This document shows positions 39,356 to 48,728 of a stretch of DNA of 64,000 bases, in pieces. Within the stretch, counting starts at the first letter, position 1. Every line of letters starts with the position of its first letter. A program made the translations under genes and the position numbers. This DNA is from Bryobacterales bacterium (GTDB lineage: Bacteria; Acidobacteriota; Terriglobia; Bryobacterales; UBA6623): NCBI GenBank assembly GCA_965263255.1, contig CBDHHA010000008.1, positions 3,461,987-3,525,986 on the forward strand, given 5' to 3'. The notes under the pieces are model-generated. The model saw only the letters and a program-made list of their open reading frames with translations, was not told the DNA's origin and ran no database searches.

Positions 39356-40848
39356 AGCGCCGGGACTGGCTGAAGGCTGCTGTCGGCAGCGCATTCGCAA
39401 CCGGGGCAATAGCGCAGGAAAGGCTGCCCGACCATCCCCGGAACCTATCGTTTCCCAAGCTGGACTTCGATCCGCCCGAGCCGTCCGCCTACCGGCGCGA
39501 GCTAGCGTCCGGCTCGATCGCCTACCTCGTCGAGGACCATCAGCTCCCGCTGGTGAGCGTGTCCCTGACGCTGCGGGCCGGGTCCTACCAGCTGCCGGCC
39601 GAGCAGGCCGGGCTGGCATCCTTCACCGGCAGCCAGATGCGCTCGGGCGGCACAGCGACGCGCAGCGCCGCCGATTTCGACGAGGAGGCCGCCTTCCTGG
39701 CGACACAGCTGGCGACTAGCATCGGCTCGACATCTGGGCGCGCCTCGGTCAACTGCCTGGCGCAGAACCTCGACGCCTCTCTAGACCTGTTCTTCGACAT
39801 GCTCAAGAACCCGGGCTTCGACGCGGAGCGGCTCGAGATCGCCCGGGCGCGGACGCTGCAGGGGCTGGCCCGCCGCAACGACCGCTTGGATGCGATTCTG
39901 AGCCGCGAGTTCGCGAGGCTGATGCGCGGAAGCCACTTCAGCACGGTTCAATCGACGCAATCCTCGATCGAGTCGATCACGCCGGAGGCCATGCGGCAAG
40001 TCCACGGCAGCAGCCTCGATCCCGGTCGGATGTACTTCTCCGTGGCCGGGGACTTCGACACGGACGACATGGTTCGCCGTCTCGACGCAGCACTGGCCGA
40101 GGGCTGGCCGGCCGCCAGCGGGAGCCCGCCCGCAATCCCGGCACCGACCCACGAGCCGCAGCCAGGAGTCTACGTGGTCGACAAGTCGAGCCGGGAGGTG
40201 AACCAGTCGCATGTCCGGCTAGGACATGTCGGCATCCAGCGGGACCACCCGGACGCGTTCAAGGTCCGGATCATGAATTCCGTGCTGGGCGGCGGCGGAT
40301 TCACGTCGCGCATCATGACGCGGATCCGCTCGGACGAAGGGCTGGCGTACAGCGCGTACTCGCGGTACCAGCCGGGGACATACTATCCGGGCACGTTCAG
40401 TGCCGGCTTCCAGTCCCGCAACGCCACCTGCGCGCAAGCTGCGGCGATCCTCGTGGAGGAGATCCGCCGGATGCAGGAAGGGAAGGTCACGGCGCAGGAG
40501 CTGGACACAGCGAAGAACTACCAGGTCGAGATATTCCCCCGGTTCTTCGCCACCGCGGGCCAGGTGGCGGGCACGTTCGCGGAAGACGAGTTCACAGGCC
40601 GCGAAGAGGACTACTGGAAGACCTACAGGGAGCGCATCGCGGACGTGAGCGCGGAGGACGTGCTGGAGGCCGCGCAGAACCACCTCCATCCGGAGAAGCT
40701 CGTCGTGCTGGTGGCCGGTGCCAGGGACGCCGTGCTGGCAGGCAACCCGGACCGGCCCGAATTCTCGTTCGAGTCGCTGGCGGGGGAAGGGGGGATTCGT
40801 TCGATCCCCCTGCCGGACCCGCTCACGATGGAGTACCCGGAAGGCTGA
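39352..40848 (+). CDS. M16-family peptidase-like protein (no HxxEH, probable non-catalytic partner), Tat-like signal
   Basis: It overlaps the upstream M16 gene as ATGA. The start is MKRRDWLKAAVGSAFATGAIA. It has M16 fold-like length and C-terminal domain patterns ('RIRSDEGLAYSAYS') but no zinc-binding HxxEH. Confidence 0.85.
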   Translation: MKRRDWLKAAVGSAFATGAIAQERLPDHPRNLSFPKLDFDPPEPSAYRRELASGSIAYLVEDHQLPLVSVSLTLRAGSYQLPAEQAGLASFTGSQMRSGGTATRSAADFDEEAAFLATQLATSIGSTSGRASVNCLAQNLDASLDLFFDMLKNPGFDAERLEIARARTLQGLARRNDRLDAILSREFARLMRGSHFSTVQSTQSSIESITPEAMRQVHGSSLDPGRMYFSVAGDFDTDDMVRRLDAALAEGWPAASGSPPAIPAPTHEPQPGVYVVDKSSREVNQSHVRLGHVGIQRDHPDAFKVRIMNSVLGGGGFTSRIMTRIRSDEGLAYSAYSRYQPGTYYPGTFSAGFQSRNATCAQAAAILVEEIRRMQEGKVTAQELDTAKNYQVEIFPRFFATAGQVAGTFAEDEFTGREEDYWKTYRERIADVSAEDVLEAAQNHLHPEKLVVLVAGARDAVLAGNPDRPEFSFESLAGEGGIRSIPLPDPLTMEYPEG

Positions 40849-40850
40849 GA

Positions 40851-41741
40851 TCAGGCGGCCGGCGACCCGGCAGGCAATTGTCCACGGATGCTGCGGTAGA
40901 TCGCGATCGTGGCAGTCGAGCGGTTCAGCGTGTAGAAGTGGAGGCCTGAAACCCCCTCCGCGAGCAAGTCCCGGCACTGGTGCGTCGCGTGGTCGATGCC
41001 TACCCGCCGGACCTCCGACGGACTGTCCCGGACAGCCTCGAGCCGCTGCAGCAGGTCCGACGGTATGCGGGCTCCGCACATGCTCGCGAAACGCTGCGTC
41101 TGCGCCAGGCTGCGAACCGGCATGATCCCGGCCAGGATGGGAACGCCGATGCCAATCGCCGAGGCGCGGTCCCGGAAGCGCAGGAAGTCTTGGTTGTCGA
41201 AGAACAGCTGCGTGATCAGGAACTCCGCGCCGGAATCGACCTTGCGCTTGAGGTTGGCGAGATCCGAATCGGGACTGGAGGCCTCCGGATGGGTCTCCGG
41301 ATAGCAGGCGCCGCCGAGGCAGAAACGCTGGCGCTGGCGGATGAATGCGACCAGTTCGCTGGCGTAGCGGAAGCCACCGGCAACAGGCTCGAAGCGGTCC
41401 TGGCCCTGCGGGGGATCGCCGCGGAGCGGCAGCACGTTCTCGATGCCCCCTTCCTCCAGCCTGTCCAGCACTTCGTCGATCTCCGCGCGTGAGGCGCCCA
41501 CGCAGGTCAGGTGCGCCATGGACTCGATGCCGATCTCGTGCTTGATGCGGCGAACCAGCTCGATCGTCTTCCTGCGGGTGGAGCCGCCCGCGCCGTACGT
41601 GACCGATACGTAACTCGGCTGCAGGGGCCGCAACGCGTCGATCGTCTGGAAGAGATTGTCGAAACCCGCGTCGTCTCTCGGCGGGAAGAACTCGAAGGAG
41701 ATCGTCGGCGATCCAGCCGCGAGCATCTGGCTGATTCGCAT
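40851..41741 (-). CDS. metF: 5,10-methylenetetrahydrofolate reductase
   Basis: ATG at 41741 gives MRISQMLAAGSPTISFEFFPPRDD. 'VSVTYGAGGSTR', 'AHLTCVG' and 'NVLPLRGDPP' are MetF hallmarks. Confidence 0.9.
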   Translation of the reverse strand: MRISQMLAAGSPTISFEFFPPRDDAGFDNLFQTIDALRPLQPSYVSVTYGAGGSTRRKTIELVRRIKHEIGIESMAHLTCVGASRAEIDEVLDRLEEGGIENVLPLRGDPPQGQDRFEPVAGGFRYASELVAFIRQRQRFCLGGACYPETHPEASSPDSDLANLKRKVDSGAEFLITQLFFDNQDFLRFRDRASAIGIGVPILAGIMPVRSLAQTQRFASMCGARIPSDLLQRLEAVRDSPSEVRRVGIDHATHQCRDLLAEGVSGLHFYTLNRSTATIAIYRSIRGQLPAGSPAA

Positions 41742-41761
41742 TACGGGAATAGCCAGACTAG

Positions 41762-41814
41762 CACGGGCAGTCGGAGCGCCTGAGGCGCATTCGTGCCGTG
41801 CCTGGCTGCCCGTG
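41762..41814 (-). promoter_or_regulatory. Structured element in the metF 5' leader (nested hairpins, possible pseudoknot)
   Basis: In RNA sense the element is CACGGGCAG...(35 nt containing the GCGCC-UCA-GGCGC mini-hairpin)...CUGCCCGUG, a 9-bp outer stem. The loop-proximal AGCCAG is complementary to CUGGCU, which lies 10 nt upstream of the metF ATG. I could not match a known riboswitch consensus by eye. Confidence 0.2.
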
Positions 41815-41943
41815 GATGGAACCTCTGGGTGACATCGGCGACTTGGTCCTGTTCCTCTTCCGTCTCGCATTCTGCCTCATGGCAGCGACCGCGCTCGTCC
41901 CGGCGTGCACTTGGGTGGGCGCCCCCCCTGTTAATCTGGAGCG

Positions 41944-43029
41944 ATGCGAGCCCCGGCTGAGCTGCTGAGCAGGGCGACGCTCGAGCGGCTCGAACGGCTG
42001 ACGATTCGCTGGAGCCAGTCATTTCAGGGCCGTATCGGAGGGGACATCGTCTCGCGGTACGCAGGGGTCGGCCACGAATTCCTAGATCACCGTCACTTCC
42101 AGCGCGGCGATGACCTCAGAGCGGTCAACTGGAGAGCCTTCATGCGGCTGGAGCGCCTGTTCCTGATGCTCTTCCGGTCCGAGCCCCGGATCCCGGTGCG
42201 GATCCTCATCGACACGAGCGAGTCAATGGCCTGCGGGGGGCACGGAGATTCCGAATCCAAGTTCGCCTTCGCATGCCGCCTCGCCGCGGCGCTCTGCTAT
42301 GTCGGACTGGTGCGCTTGGAGACGATCGTCCTCCAGCCGTTCGGCAGCCAGTTGGCGGAATCTTTCCGCGCGCACGGTGGCAGACTCCGCTATGCCCAGG
42401 CAGCCCGCTACATTTCCGCCCTCGAGACCGGCGGCGAGACATCGTTCCAGCGGCCGGTCCGCGATTATCTGATGAAGTACCGGGTACCGGGGCTGACGTT
42501 CGTGCTGAGTGATTTCCTCGACCCGGCGGGAGAGCCCCTGCCGCTGGAACACCTGGCCAACGAGGGGCACGAAGTGCACTTGCTGCAACTGGCCGGGCCG
42601 GCGGACCGCGATCCGCCCTGGCGCGGCGACCTCGAGTTGCACGATGCGGAATCGGGCACGGTGATGCAGGTCAGCCTCGACGACTCCTCGGCCCGCGAGT
42701 TCCGGGAAGCCTACGACGACTTCTGCGCGGGACTCGAGCGCCACGCGCTTCGCTCGCGTGCACACTATCTCCACATTTCGACTTCCACTCCCTTGGAGCA
42801 GGCTCTGTTCCGGCAGATTACCAGCGACCCAGCTGAGCGGCGGGCGGCACCTGGAACGCGGACGGGCCTAGGGCCGTGGGACTCCTCAATCTCGCGCTTG
42901 GCCAACTGCTGGGGCTCTTCCTGCCCATCGCCGGCCTGCTGGTCGCGCTCTACTTCTACGACCGCTCCCGCCGCCAGGTGCTGGTCTCCACGCTCCGCTT
43001 CTGGCCCAGGCGGCCCGCTCCAGCGGTGA
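41944..43029 (+). CDS. DUF58-domain protein (MoxR-associated family)
   Basis: 'GVGHEFLDHRHFQRGDDLRAVNWRAFMRLERLFLMLFRSEPRIPVRILIDTSESM' is the DUF58 core. The last 150 nt or so overlap the next gene, so the 3' end is questionable. Confidence 0.8.
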   Translation: MRAPAELLSRATLERLERLTIRWSQSFQGRIGGDIVSRYAGVGHEFLDHRHFQRGDDLRAVNWRAFMRLERLFLMLFRSEPRIPVRILIDTSESMACGGHGDSESKFAFACRLAAALCYVGLVRLETIVLQPFGSQLAESFRAHGGRLRYAQAARYISALETGGETSFQRPVRDYLMKYRVPGLTFVLSDFLDPAGEPLPLEHLANEGHEVHLLQLAGPADRDPPWRGDLELHDAESGTVMQVSLDDSSAREFREAYDDFCAGLERHALRSRAHYLHISTSTPLEQALFRQITSDPAERRAAPGTRTGLGPWDSSISRLANCWGSSCPSPACWSRSTSTTAPAARCWSPRSASGPGGPLQR

Positions 43030-44792
43030 GGCAGCGGCACAAACGAATCCAGCATCCCCTTTCGCTGCTGCTCCAGCTTGTCGCGCTGTTGCTCCTCCTG
43101 CTCGCCATCGCAGACCCGAGGCCGGACATCGCCGGAGCGGGACCGGTCCATCGTGTGCTGCTGCTCGACACTTCCGCAGCGATGGCACTTGCTGACGAGG
43201 ACGGGAACCCGCTGATGGATGAGGCGAAGGCCCTGGCGCTGCGTTACCTGCAGCGGATCCCGGCATCCGACCGCGTCGTGCTGATCGAAGCAGACGGGGC
43301 CCCGGCCGTGCACGTGCCGTTCACCCAGGACCGGCAGCGGCTGCGGGAAGCCATCGCAGCGGCCGAGCCCGGAAGGACGGCGCTGGACCTGCAGGCGGCG
43401 TTCGACCTGGCGGAGGGCACGCTGCGGCTTGCGCTTGACAGCGGGGCCGGCCTGCCTGCCGAGTCGGCCCGGTTCTCCGAGACGGTCTATGTGGGTCCCG
43501 GACGCCAGCATCGCAGTGCGGTCCGCACCGGGAACCTGGCTAGAATCCGCCACCTGGCGACCGGCGAGCCCGTCGACTCGCACGGCCTGCTGACGCTGCG
43601 CGCCACTGCGGACGCAAGCACGGCCGGGAGGTGGACCGTCGAACTGGCCGCGCGAAATTACACGGACTCCGACTCCACGATCCGCCTCGCCTTCTTCTTC
43701 GAGGACAAGGAACTGGGACACCGTGACATTTCGATCGGGCCCGGCGGCGACTCCGAAATGGAGTTCACGCTCACGACCCAGAGTCCCGGCCGGCTGACCG
43801 CGCGGATTGTCGAGACCGACTCCTACGCGGCCAACAATCAAGCCGAGATCGCAATCCCCTCTGTACGGCGCACGCGCCTCCAGGTCGTCGGGGGAGCGGA
43901 GGATGCTTTCGCACCCCTGCTGGCGGCCGGCGTCCGTGTGGACGCGAGCTTCGTGGACTCGAGCAACGACCTCGATCAGGATGCCATCCACGTCTGGGCC
44001 GGCGGCACAGAGGGGGGCGGGTCCGCGAAGGCGGTCTACCTGCTGCCGCCGGGCAGTCCCTCGCCGATGGTGGAGGCAGCCACCGTTCGCGACCTACCGA
44101 TCGAGAAATGGTCGCCCTCCCACCCTCTCGCAATGGGTGTTCGGGACCCGGACCTGACGCCCTCAAGCGCTCGGGTGTTCGAGACACAGGAGCTGGACGA
44201 CGTCGTTGCAAGCACGTCACGGGGGCCGGTCATCGTGGCGCGCGAGACCGAGAGCAGCCGGATGGTGGCCTTCGGCTTCGATCTGGCCGGGGAGGCCGTC
44301 AGGAACCGGCTGGCCGCCCCGCTGCTGTTCGCCAATGCGATCGCGTGGCTGGACTCGAACGCATTCCGCGCCGACTCGGTAGAGGCCCGGGCGCCGGGGC
44401 CAGTGCAGGTCGACGCCTCTGGCGCGCCGCGGGAGCGGATCTCTGTCAGCACGGCTGGCGGCGAGCCCGTTCCTTGGATCCTCGCAGGGGACAGCATACG
44501 GTTCTACGCGGGTCAGGAGGGGACCTACCGCGTGGCAACCGAGAACCGCCGCATGACGTTCTTCCTGCGCCAGCCCGACATTCCCTCGACCCGGTGGGAG
44601 CCCGCCGACGACGTGGGGATTGGCCTGCCGGCGGCGGTATCGGGCGGCGGCGCGCCATGGCTGCCCTGGCCTTGGCTGGCTTCGATCGCAGCCCTGATCC
44701 TGCTGTACGACTGGATCCGATTCGGCCGGGGCCGCCGGCTCGCATTGGACCCGGGGCAGGCCGCGAGCATGGGTTCCGGGAGCGGCCAATGA
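42876..44792 (+). CDS. BatA-N-terminal (aerotolerance regulator N-terminal) TM domain + degenerate VWA-like protein
   Basis: It starts at GTG. The N-terminus 'LLGLFLPIAGLLVALYFYDRSRRQVLVSTLRFW...LLLLLAIADP' has the BatA_N TM pattern. It is followed by 'HRVLLLDTSAAMAL...DRVVLIEADG', a VWA-like region with an incomplete MIDAS (DTSAA). There is a C-terminal TM helix. Confidence 0.75.
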   Translation: MGLLNLALGQLLGLFLPIAGLLVALYFYDRSRRQVLVSTLRFWPRRPAPAVRQRHKRIQHPLSLLLQLVALLLLLLAIADPRPDIAGAGPVHRVLLLDTSAAMALADEDGNPLMDEAKALALRYLQRIPASDRVVLIEADGAPAVHVPFTQDRQRLREAIAAAEPGRTALDLQAAFDLAEGTLRLALDSGAGLPAESARFSETVYVGPGRQHRSAVRTGNLARIRHLATGEPVDSHGLLTLRATADASTAGRWTVELAARNYTDSDSTIRLAFFFEDKELGHRDISIGPGGDSEMEFTLTTQSPGRLTARIVETDSYAANNQAEIAIPSVRRTRLQVVGGAEDAFAPLLAAGVRVDASFVDSSNDLDQDAIHVWAGGTEGGGSAKAVYLLPPGSPSPMVEAATVRDLPIEKWSPSHPLAMGVRDPDLTPSSARVFETQELDDVVASTSRGPVIVARETESSRMVAFGFDLAGEAVRNRLAAPLLFANAIAWLDSNAFRADSVEARAPGPVQVDASGAPRERISVSTAGGEPVPWILAGDSIRFYAGQEGTYRVATENRRMTFFLRQPDIPSTRWEPADDVGIGLPAAVSGGGAPWLPWPWLASIAALILLYDWIRFGRGRRLALDPGQAASMGSGSGQ

Positions 44793-47173
44793 CCCTTGCG
44801 AACGGATGGCCGGTCCTGCTGCTCGTTCCCTTGGCAGCGTGGCTCACGTGGGAGTGGGGTCGCAGCGCGAGGAAGCTCGGCTTGCTCCTCAAGGCGCTGG
44901 CCTTGGCTGCCGTGTGCCTGGCGCTAAGCCGGCCCCAATGGCAAATCCTGGAGACCTACTCGGCCGTTGCGATCCTGAATGACGCCTCGGCAAGCATCCC
45001 TGCGGAGCAGCGTACCCTGCAGGCAGAGTGGACGAGCGCTGCTCGGGCTGCGCGCAGCGGCCACGCGCTGCGGGAACTCGAGTTCGGCACGATTCCGCTC
45101 CGCAGGCTCCGCGAGCCCGACGCGGGCCGCTCCACGAACATCGAGGCGGCGGTCACGAGCGCCCTGAGCGCCCTTCCTGCGGACCGTGTCCCGAGACTCG
45201 TCCTGCTCAGCGACGGCCTCGAGAACGAGGGAGCCGTCGAGCGGGCAGTTTACCAGGCATGGAGAAGGAAAGTGCCGGTCGACACGGTCGCGCTGCAGGG
45301 TCGCACCGAGCCGCAGCTCCGCGTCGCTGGTCTCCGCTTGCCGCGGCAGGCCTTCACGGGAGAACAGTTCCCGATCGAGTTCGATGTCGAGAGCCCCGAG
45401 GCGGCCGAAGCGAGGCTCGAGCTGCGCGCCGAGGGCCGGCCGATCGGGAGCGACACGATTCGCCTCTCCCGGGGGCGCAACTCCGTCACCGCCAGGGCCC
45501 GCATCGACTCGCCGGGCGCAACCCTGGTGGAAGGAATCCTGAGCGGGGCCGGGCCTGGCGACCTCCATTTCGCCGGTTCCGTGACGATCCGCACGCCGCG
45601 GGCGCTGCTGGTGTCACCCGACACGCCCGACCACAACGCCCCGCTCGCGAACGTGGCGCTTGCCGCCGGGTTCGAACTCGACCGGGCCGCGACCCCGGCC
45701 ATGCTGGCAGAGGCCGGCGGACCGGAGTATGACATCGTCATCGGCTCCAACGAGGATTTCGAAGCCTGGCCGGAAGCCGTGAAGGAGCGGCTCGGCTCTT
45801 TCGTGAGCCAGGGCGGGGGCTTCCTGCTCATTGCCGGCGAGAGGAACCTCTACCGGGATCGCGAGGACGGTCCCGAGGATGCTCTCCAAGCCATGCTGCC
45901 GGCAACGCTGGCGCCGCCGCGGACCCCGGAGGGCACCGCCGTCGTCCTGGTGGTGGACAAGTCGTCCTCGATGGAAGGCAAGAAGATGCACCTGGCCCGC
46001 CAGTCGGCCCTAGGCGTGGTCGAGAACCTGCGCCCGATCGACAGCGTCGGCGTCCTGGCGTTCGACAACTCGTTCGAATGGGCGGTCCCGCTGATGCGGA
46101 ACGAGACCCCCGCGCAAACGAAGCAGCTGATCAGCGGGATCGTCGCCGACGGCGGGACGCAGATCGCGCCCGCGCTGGCCGAAGCCTTCCGCATGATCAA
46201 GCCCCAGGACGCGGTGTACAAGCACATCCTGCTGCTTACCGACGGCATCTCCGAGGAGGGGGACAGCATCGCCCTCGCCCGGGAGGCTGCCGCGAACGAG
46301 GTCACGATCTCCACGATCGGCCTGGGCCAGGACGTGAACCGGTCGTACTTGGAACGCGTGGCGCGCAGCGCGGAAGGCCGGTCCTACTTCCTGCTCGACA
46401 TCTCGTCCCTGGAGCAGATCGTGCTCAAGGACGTGATGGAGCATACCGGCACGTCCGTCACCGAGCGGGAGTTCGTGCCGGCCGCAGAGCGGGAGTTCGA
46501 GGTCACGGCCGGCCTGGACCTGGCCGAGCCGGGTCCGCTGCTGGGCTGGGTCAAGTTCGAGGCCAAGGAGGATGCGGAGACGATTCTCAAGGCTGCTGAG
46601 GACGACCCTCTCTTCGTGCGATGGCAGTACGGGCTGGGACGCTCCGCCGTCTTCTGCTCCGACGCCAAGGACCGCTGGGCCACCAACTGGGTGGCGTGGG
46701 ACGGCTTCGACACGTTCTGGTCCAACGTCCTGCGCGACATCCTCCCGCGAGCGTCGTCAACCGAGACGGAAGCCGCCTATGACGCGGGAAGCGGCGAGAT
46801 CGTGGTTCGCTACGACCATTCCGGAATCTCGGGACCCGGTCCCTTGCCGGAACTCTACGCCCTCGGCCCATCGGGCTACCGCCGCGTTGCGACGCCGACT
46901 CGCGTGCGCGGCGGATTCGAGGCGCGATTCCCGGCAGAGGGCCAGTACGGACTGTTTCGCATTGCCGAGGTGTCGCGGGAGCCGGAGGTGGCGTACTACC
47001 GGGAGTCATCCGAGATGGTCCGGTGGGGAGCGGATCCCGACCTGATGCACTCCATCGCGGCGGCGACCGGAGGCAGGGCGGACCCCTCACCGGAAAGCGT
47101 GTTCGAGACCGGCGGCAGGACCGTCAACCGCAGCATGGACCTGTGGCCGCTGCTGCTGGCACTGGGCTGCTGA
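44789..47173 (+). CDS. Membrane-anchored VWA-domain protein with class-I glutamine-amidotransferase-like (ThuA/DUF1355-like) module
   Basis: It overlaps the upstream gene as ATGA. The track ORF 44108.. is over-extended. The N-terminal TM helices begin at MTLANGWPVLLLVPLAAWL. 'ALLVSPDTP...YDIVIGSNEDF...GGGFLLIAGE' is GATase1-like. The VWA domain has an intact MIDAS, 'VVLVVDKSSSMEG...ADGGTQIAPAL...ILLLTDG'. Confidence 0.8.
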   Translation: MTLANGWPVLLLVPLAAWLTWEWGRSARKLGLLLKALALAAVCLALSRPQWQILETYSAVAILNDASASIPAEQRTLQAEWTSAARAARSGHALRELEFGTIPLRRLREPDAGRSTNIEAAVTSALSALPADRVPRLVLLSDGLENEGAVERAVYQAWRRKVPVDTVALQGRTEPQLRVAGLRLPRQAFTGEQFPIEFDVESPEAAEARLELRAEGRPIGSDTIRLSRGRNSVTARARIDSPGATLVEGILSGAGPGDLHFAGSVTIRTPRALLVSPDTPDHNAPLANVALAAGFELDRAATPAMLAEAGGPEYDIVIGSNEDFEAWPEAVKERLGSFVSQGGGFLLIAGERNLYRDREDGPEDALQAMLPATLAPPRTPEGTAVVLVVDKSSSMEGKKMHLARQSALGVVENLRPIDSVGVLAFDNSFEWAVPLMRNETPAQTKQLISGIVADGGTQIAPALAEAFRMIKPQDAVYKHILLLTDGISEEGDSIALAREAAANEVTISTIGLGQDVNRSYLERVARSAEGRSYFLLDISSLEQIVLKDVMEHTGTSVTEREFVPAAEREFEVTAGLDLAEPGPLLGWVKFEAKEDAETILKAAEDDPLFVRWQYGLGRSAVFCSDAKDRWATNWVAWDGFDTFWSNVLRDILPRASSTETEAAYDAGSGEIVVRYDHSGISGPGPLPELYALGPSGYRRVATPTRVRGGFEARFPAEGQYGLFRIAEVSREPEVAYYRESSEMVRWGADPDLMHSIAAATGGRADPSPESVFETGGRTVNRSMDLWPLLLALGC

Positions 47174-47972
47174 ACCTGGTCGAGCTGGTCGCACGCAACT
47201 GGCTGCCCGTCCTCGGACGGTGGGCGTAGCGCCTTCCTTCTCGGTCGGAGGATGTGCCTCAAGCGAACCAAGCAGGGAGAGAAACCGGGCCCCCGTGTCT
47301 CACTTGCTGTGGACGGGAATTGACGTTTGGGCGCTGGATGGGCCATGCCAGTGTCTCAGCGCAGCATCCAGGCCGAAGTATGCCCAAACTAGGCGCACGG
47401 CCCCTAGGCTAGCGATGCCGAAACTCGGCACCTCTCCGGGGTCCGCGGACTGAAGGATCAACGTCGAAATCCTGAGATGGCTGGAGCGTCTCTGAGCCCT
47501 CGGCCGCGCCATGCATACCCTGGAGTCTCTGTCCTCCAGGTCATGGCGAATTGGTGACCTGCGGATCAAGAGTGGCGATCCCCATGGGACCGAGCTCGAT
47601 AGCGTACACGCCGGTTGGGTCGGCGTGGGAGCGAGGAGCGTCCGGCGATCCTCGCGTAATCTCCAGCAGGCGGCCGATGCAGCTAGCCTTCGGGCAGGGG
47701 AGGACCGGATCCTTAGGATGGGGGACGCTGCTGAGAAACCGGTATGGTGTGGAAGGGAAGGGAGCGCAATAGTCCTCTTCTTGGCCGTAGCTACAGTTGT
47801 CCTCATGAGGATCTTCATTCCAATCAGGACGTGCATGAATCACACTCACCGCACCATCCACAGGAGGGCCACATATACTGAATGGGCGCCAATCCGGCAA
47901 GGCACTCTTGAAGTCTGATGGCAGTGCTGCGTCGGCAGCGATGAATCTGCTAGCCCAGACCGGTCCTTTGGG

Positions 47973-48333
47973 TCAGACTACGGGCGACTTCGCATTGCCT
48001 TCCGCAACTGGACCTTCTTCGCTGCCTTGGTCGCGCCTTCTTCCTCGCATTGCGATGGCAGTCCCTGCGGATGCAGCCCATATGATCCTGCCGCTACGGA
48101 TTTCCACGAGTTCGACGCCGGCAGACAAGTACTGGTCCGCGCAAAGCGTAGTCTGCAGCATCAGGATCCGTAACCAGACTCAGTGGCAGCTTCTGCTTTA
48201 GTATCTGCGCACGAACCAGCTCGTCAAAGTGACCCATGTCCTCGACATAGACACTGGCCTCGGATGGGAGGGGCGCAGCTCGGACAAGCCCGGCGCTTGC
48301 TAACAGCAAAGAGACGACGATCCAGTTCCGCAT
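47973..48333 (-). pseudogene. Small signal-peptide protein apparently split by a frameshift
   Basis: GGAGGAGGC lies directly upstream of the ATG at 48333. The ORF reads MRNWIVVSLLLASAGLVRAAP...DPDAADYALRG and then runs into a stop. The overlapping frame continues as DQYLSAGVELVEIRSGRIIWAASAG.... The joined text, 'ADY.L.G...v.lv.i.sG.iiWa.s', resembles small periplasmic or lipoprotein-like domains. Confidence 0.35.
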
Positions 48334-48419
48334 GCCTCCTCCATCGTAGGCGGAGCACGACTACCTGAGCAATCACTATCACCGCCCGGTTCTTGGCCGC
48401 TGGTATTCTGGGAGCGGCA

Positions 48420-48659
48420 ATGCGGATTCAGGTCTACACAACCAACTGGTGCTCGGACTGCTGGCGGGCGAAGCGATTCCTCCGGGAGCACGACGTCGCG
48501 TTCGAAGAGACCGATATCGAGCAGGATGACAGTGCCGCGCAGCTCGTCATCGAGAAGAACGGCGGCAAACGCAGGGTGCCGACGTTCGAAATCGACGGCA
48601 CGTACTACGGGAATCCGACGATCCCCGAACTCGCTCGGATCGTGGGCATTGCAACCTGA
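48420..48659 (+). CDS. Glutaredoxin/NrdH/mycoredoxin-like small redoxin
   Basis: MRIQVYTTNWCSDCWRAKRFLREHDVAFEETDIEQD...RRVPTFEIDG contains a CxxC motif (CSDC) in a thioredoxin-fold context. Confidence 0.75.
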   Translation: MRIQVYTTNWCSDCWRAKRFLREHDVAFEETDIEQDDSAAQLVIEKNGGKRRVPTFEIDGTYYGNPTIPELARIVGIAT

Positions 48660-48728
48660 GGCTGGACCGAACGCGAACACTGATCCCGCTGCTGTCCTGA
48701 CTCGGGCGTCCAGATCCGATTCCTGTTC

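Noticed and set aside
37799-39619. 606-aa minus-strand ORF
   Set aside because: It is antisense to the two M16 peptidase genes (HxxEH motif on the plus strand). This is a shadow ORF.
41742-41943. Assignment of the metF leader to a specific riboswitch class (SAM-I, SAM-II or SAH)
   Set aside because: I could not find the conserved cores, such as the SAM-I GAGGGA/kink-turn or the SAH 'AGGAGCGCUGC...AACGGCGCUCA'. Only generic hairpins are visible, so it is kept as a low-confidence structural observation.
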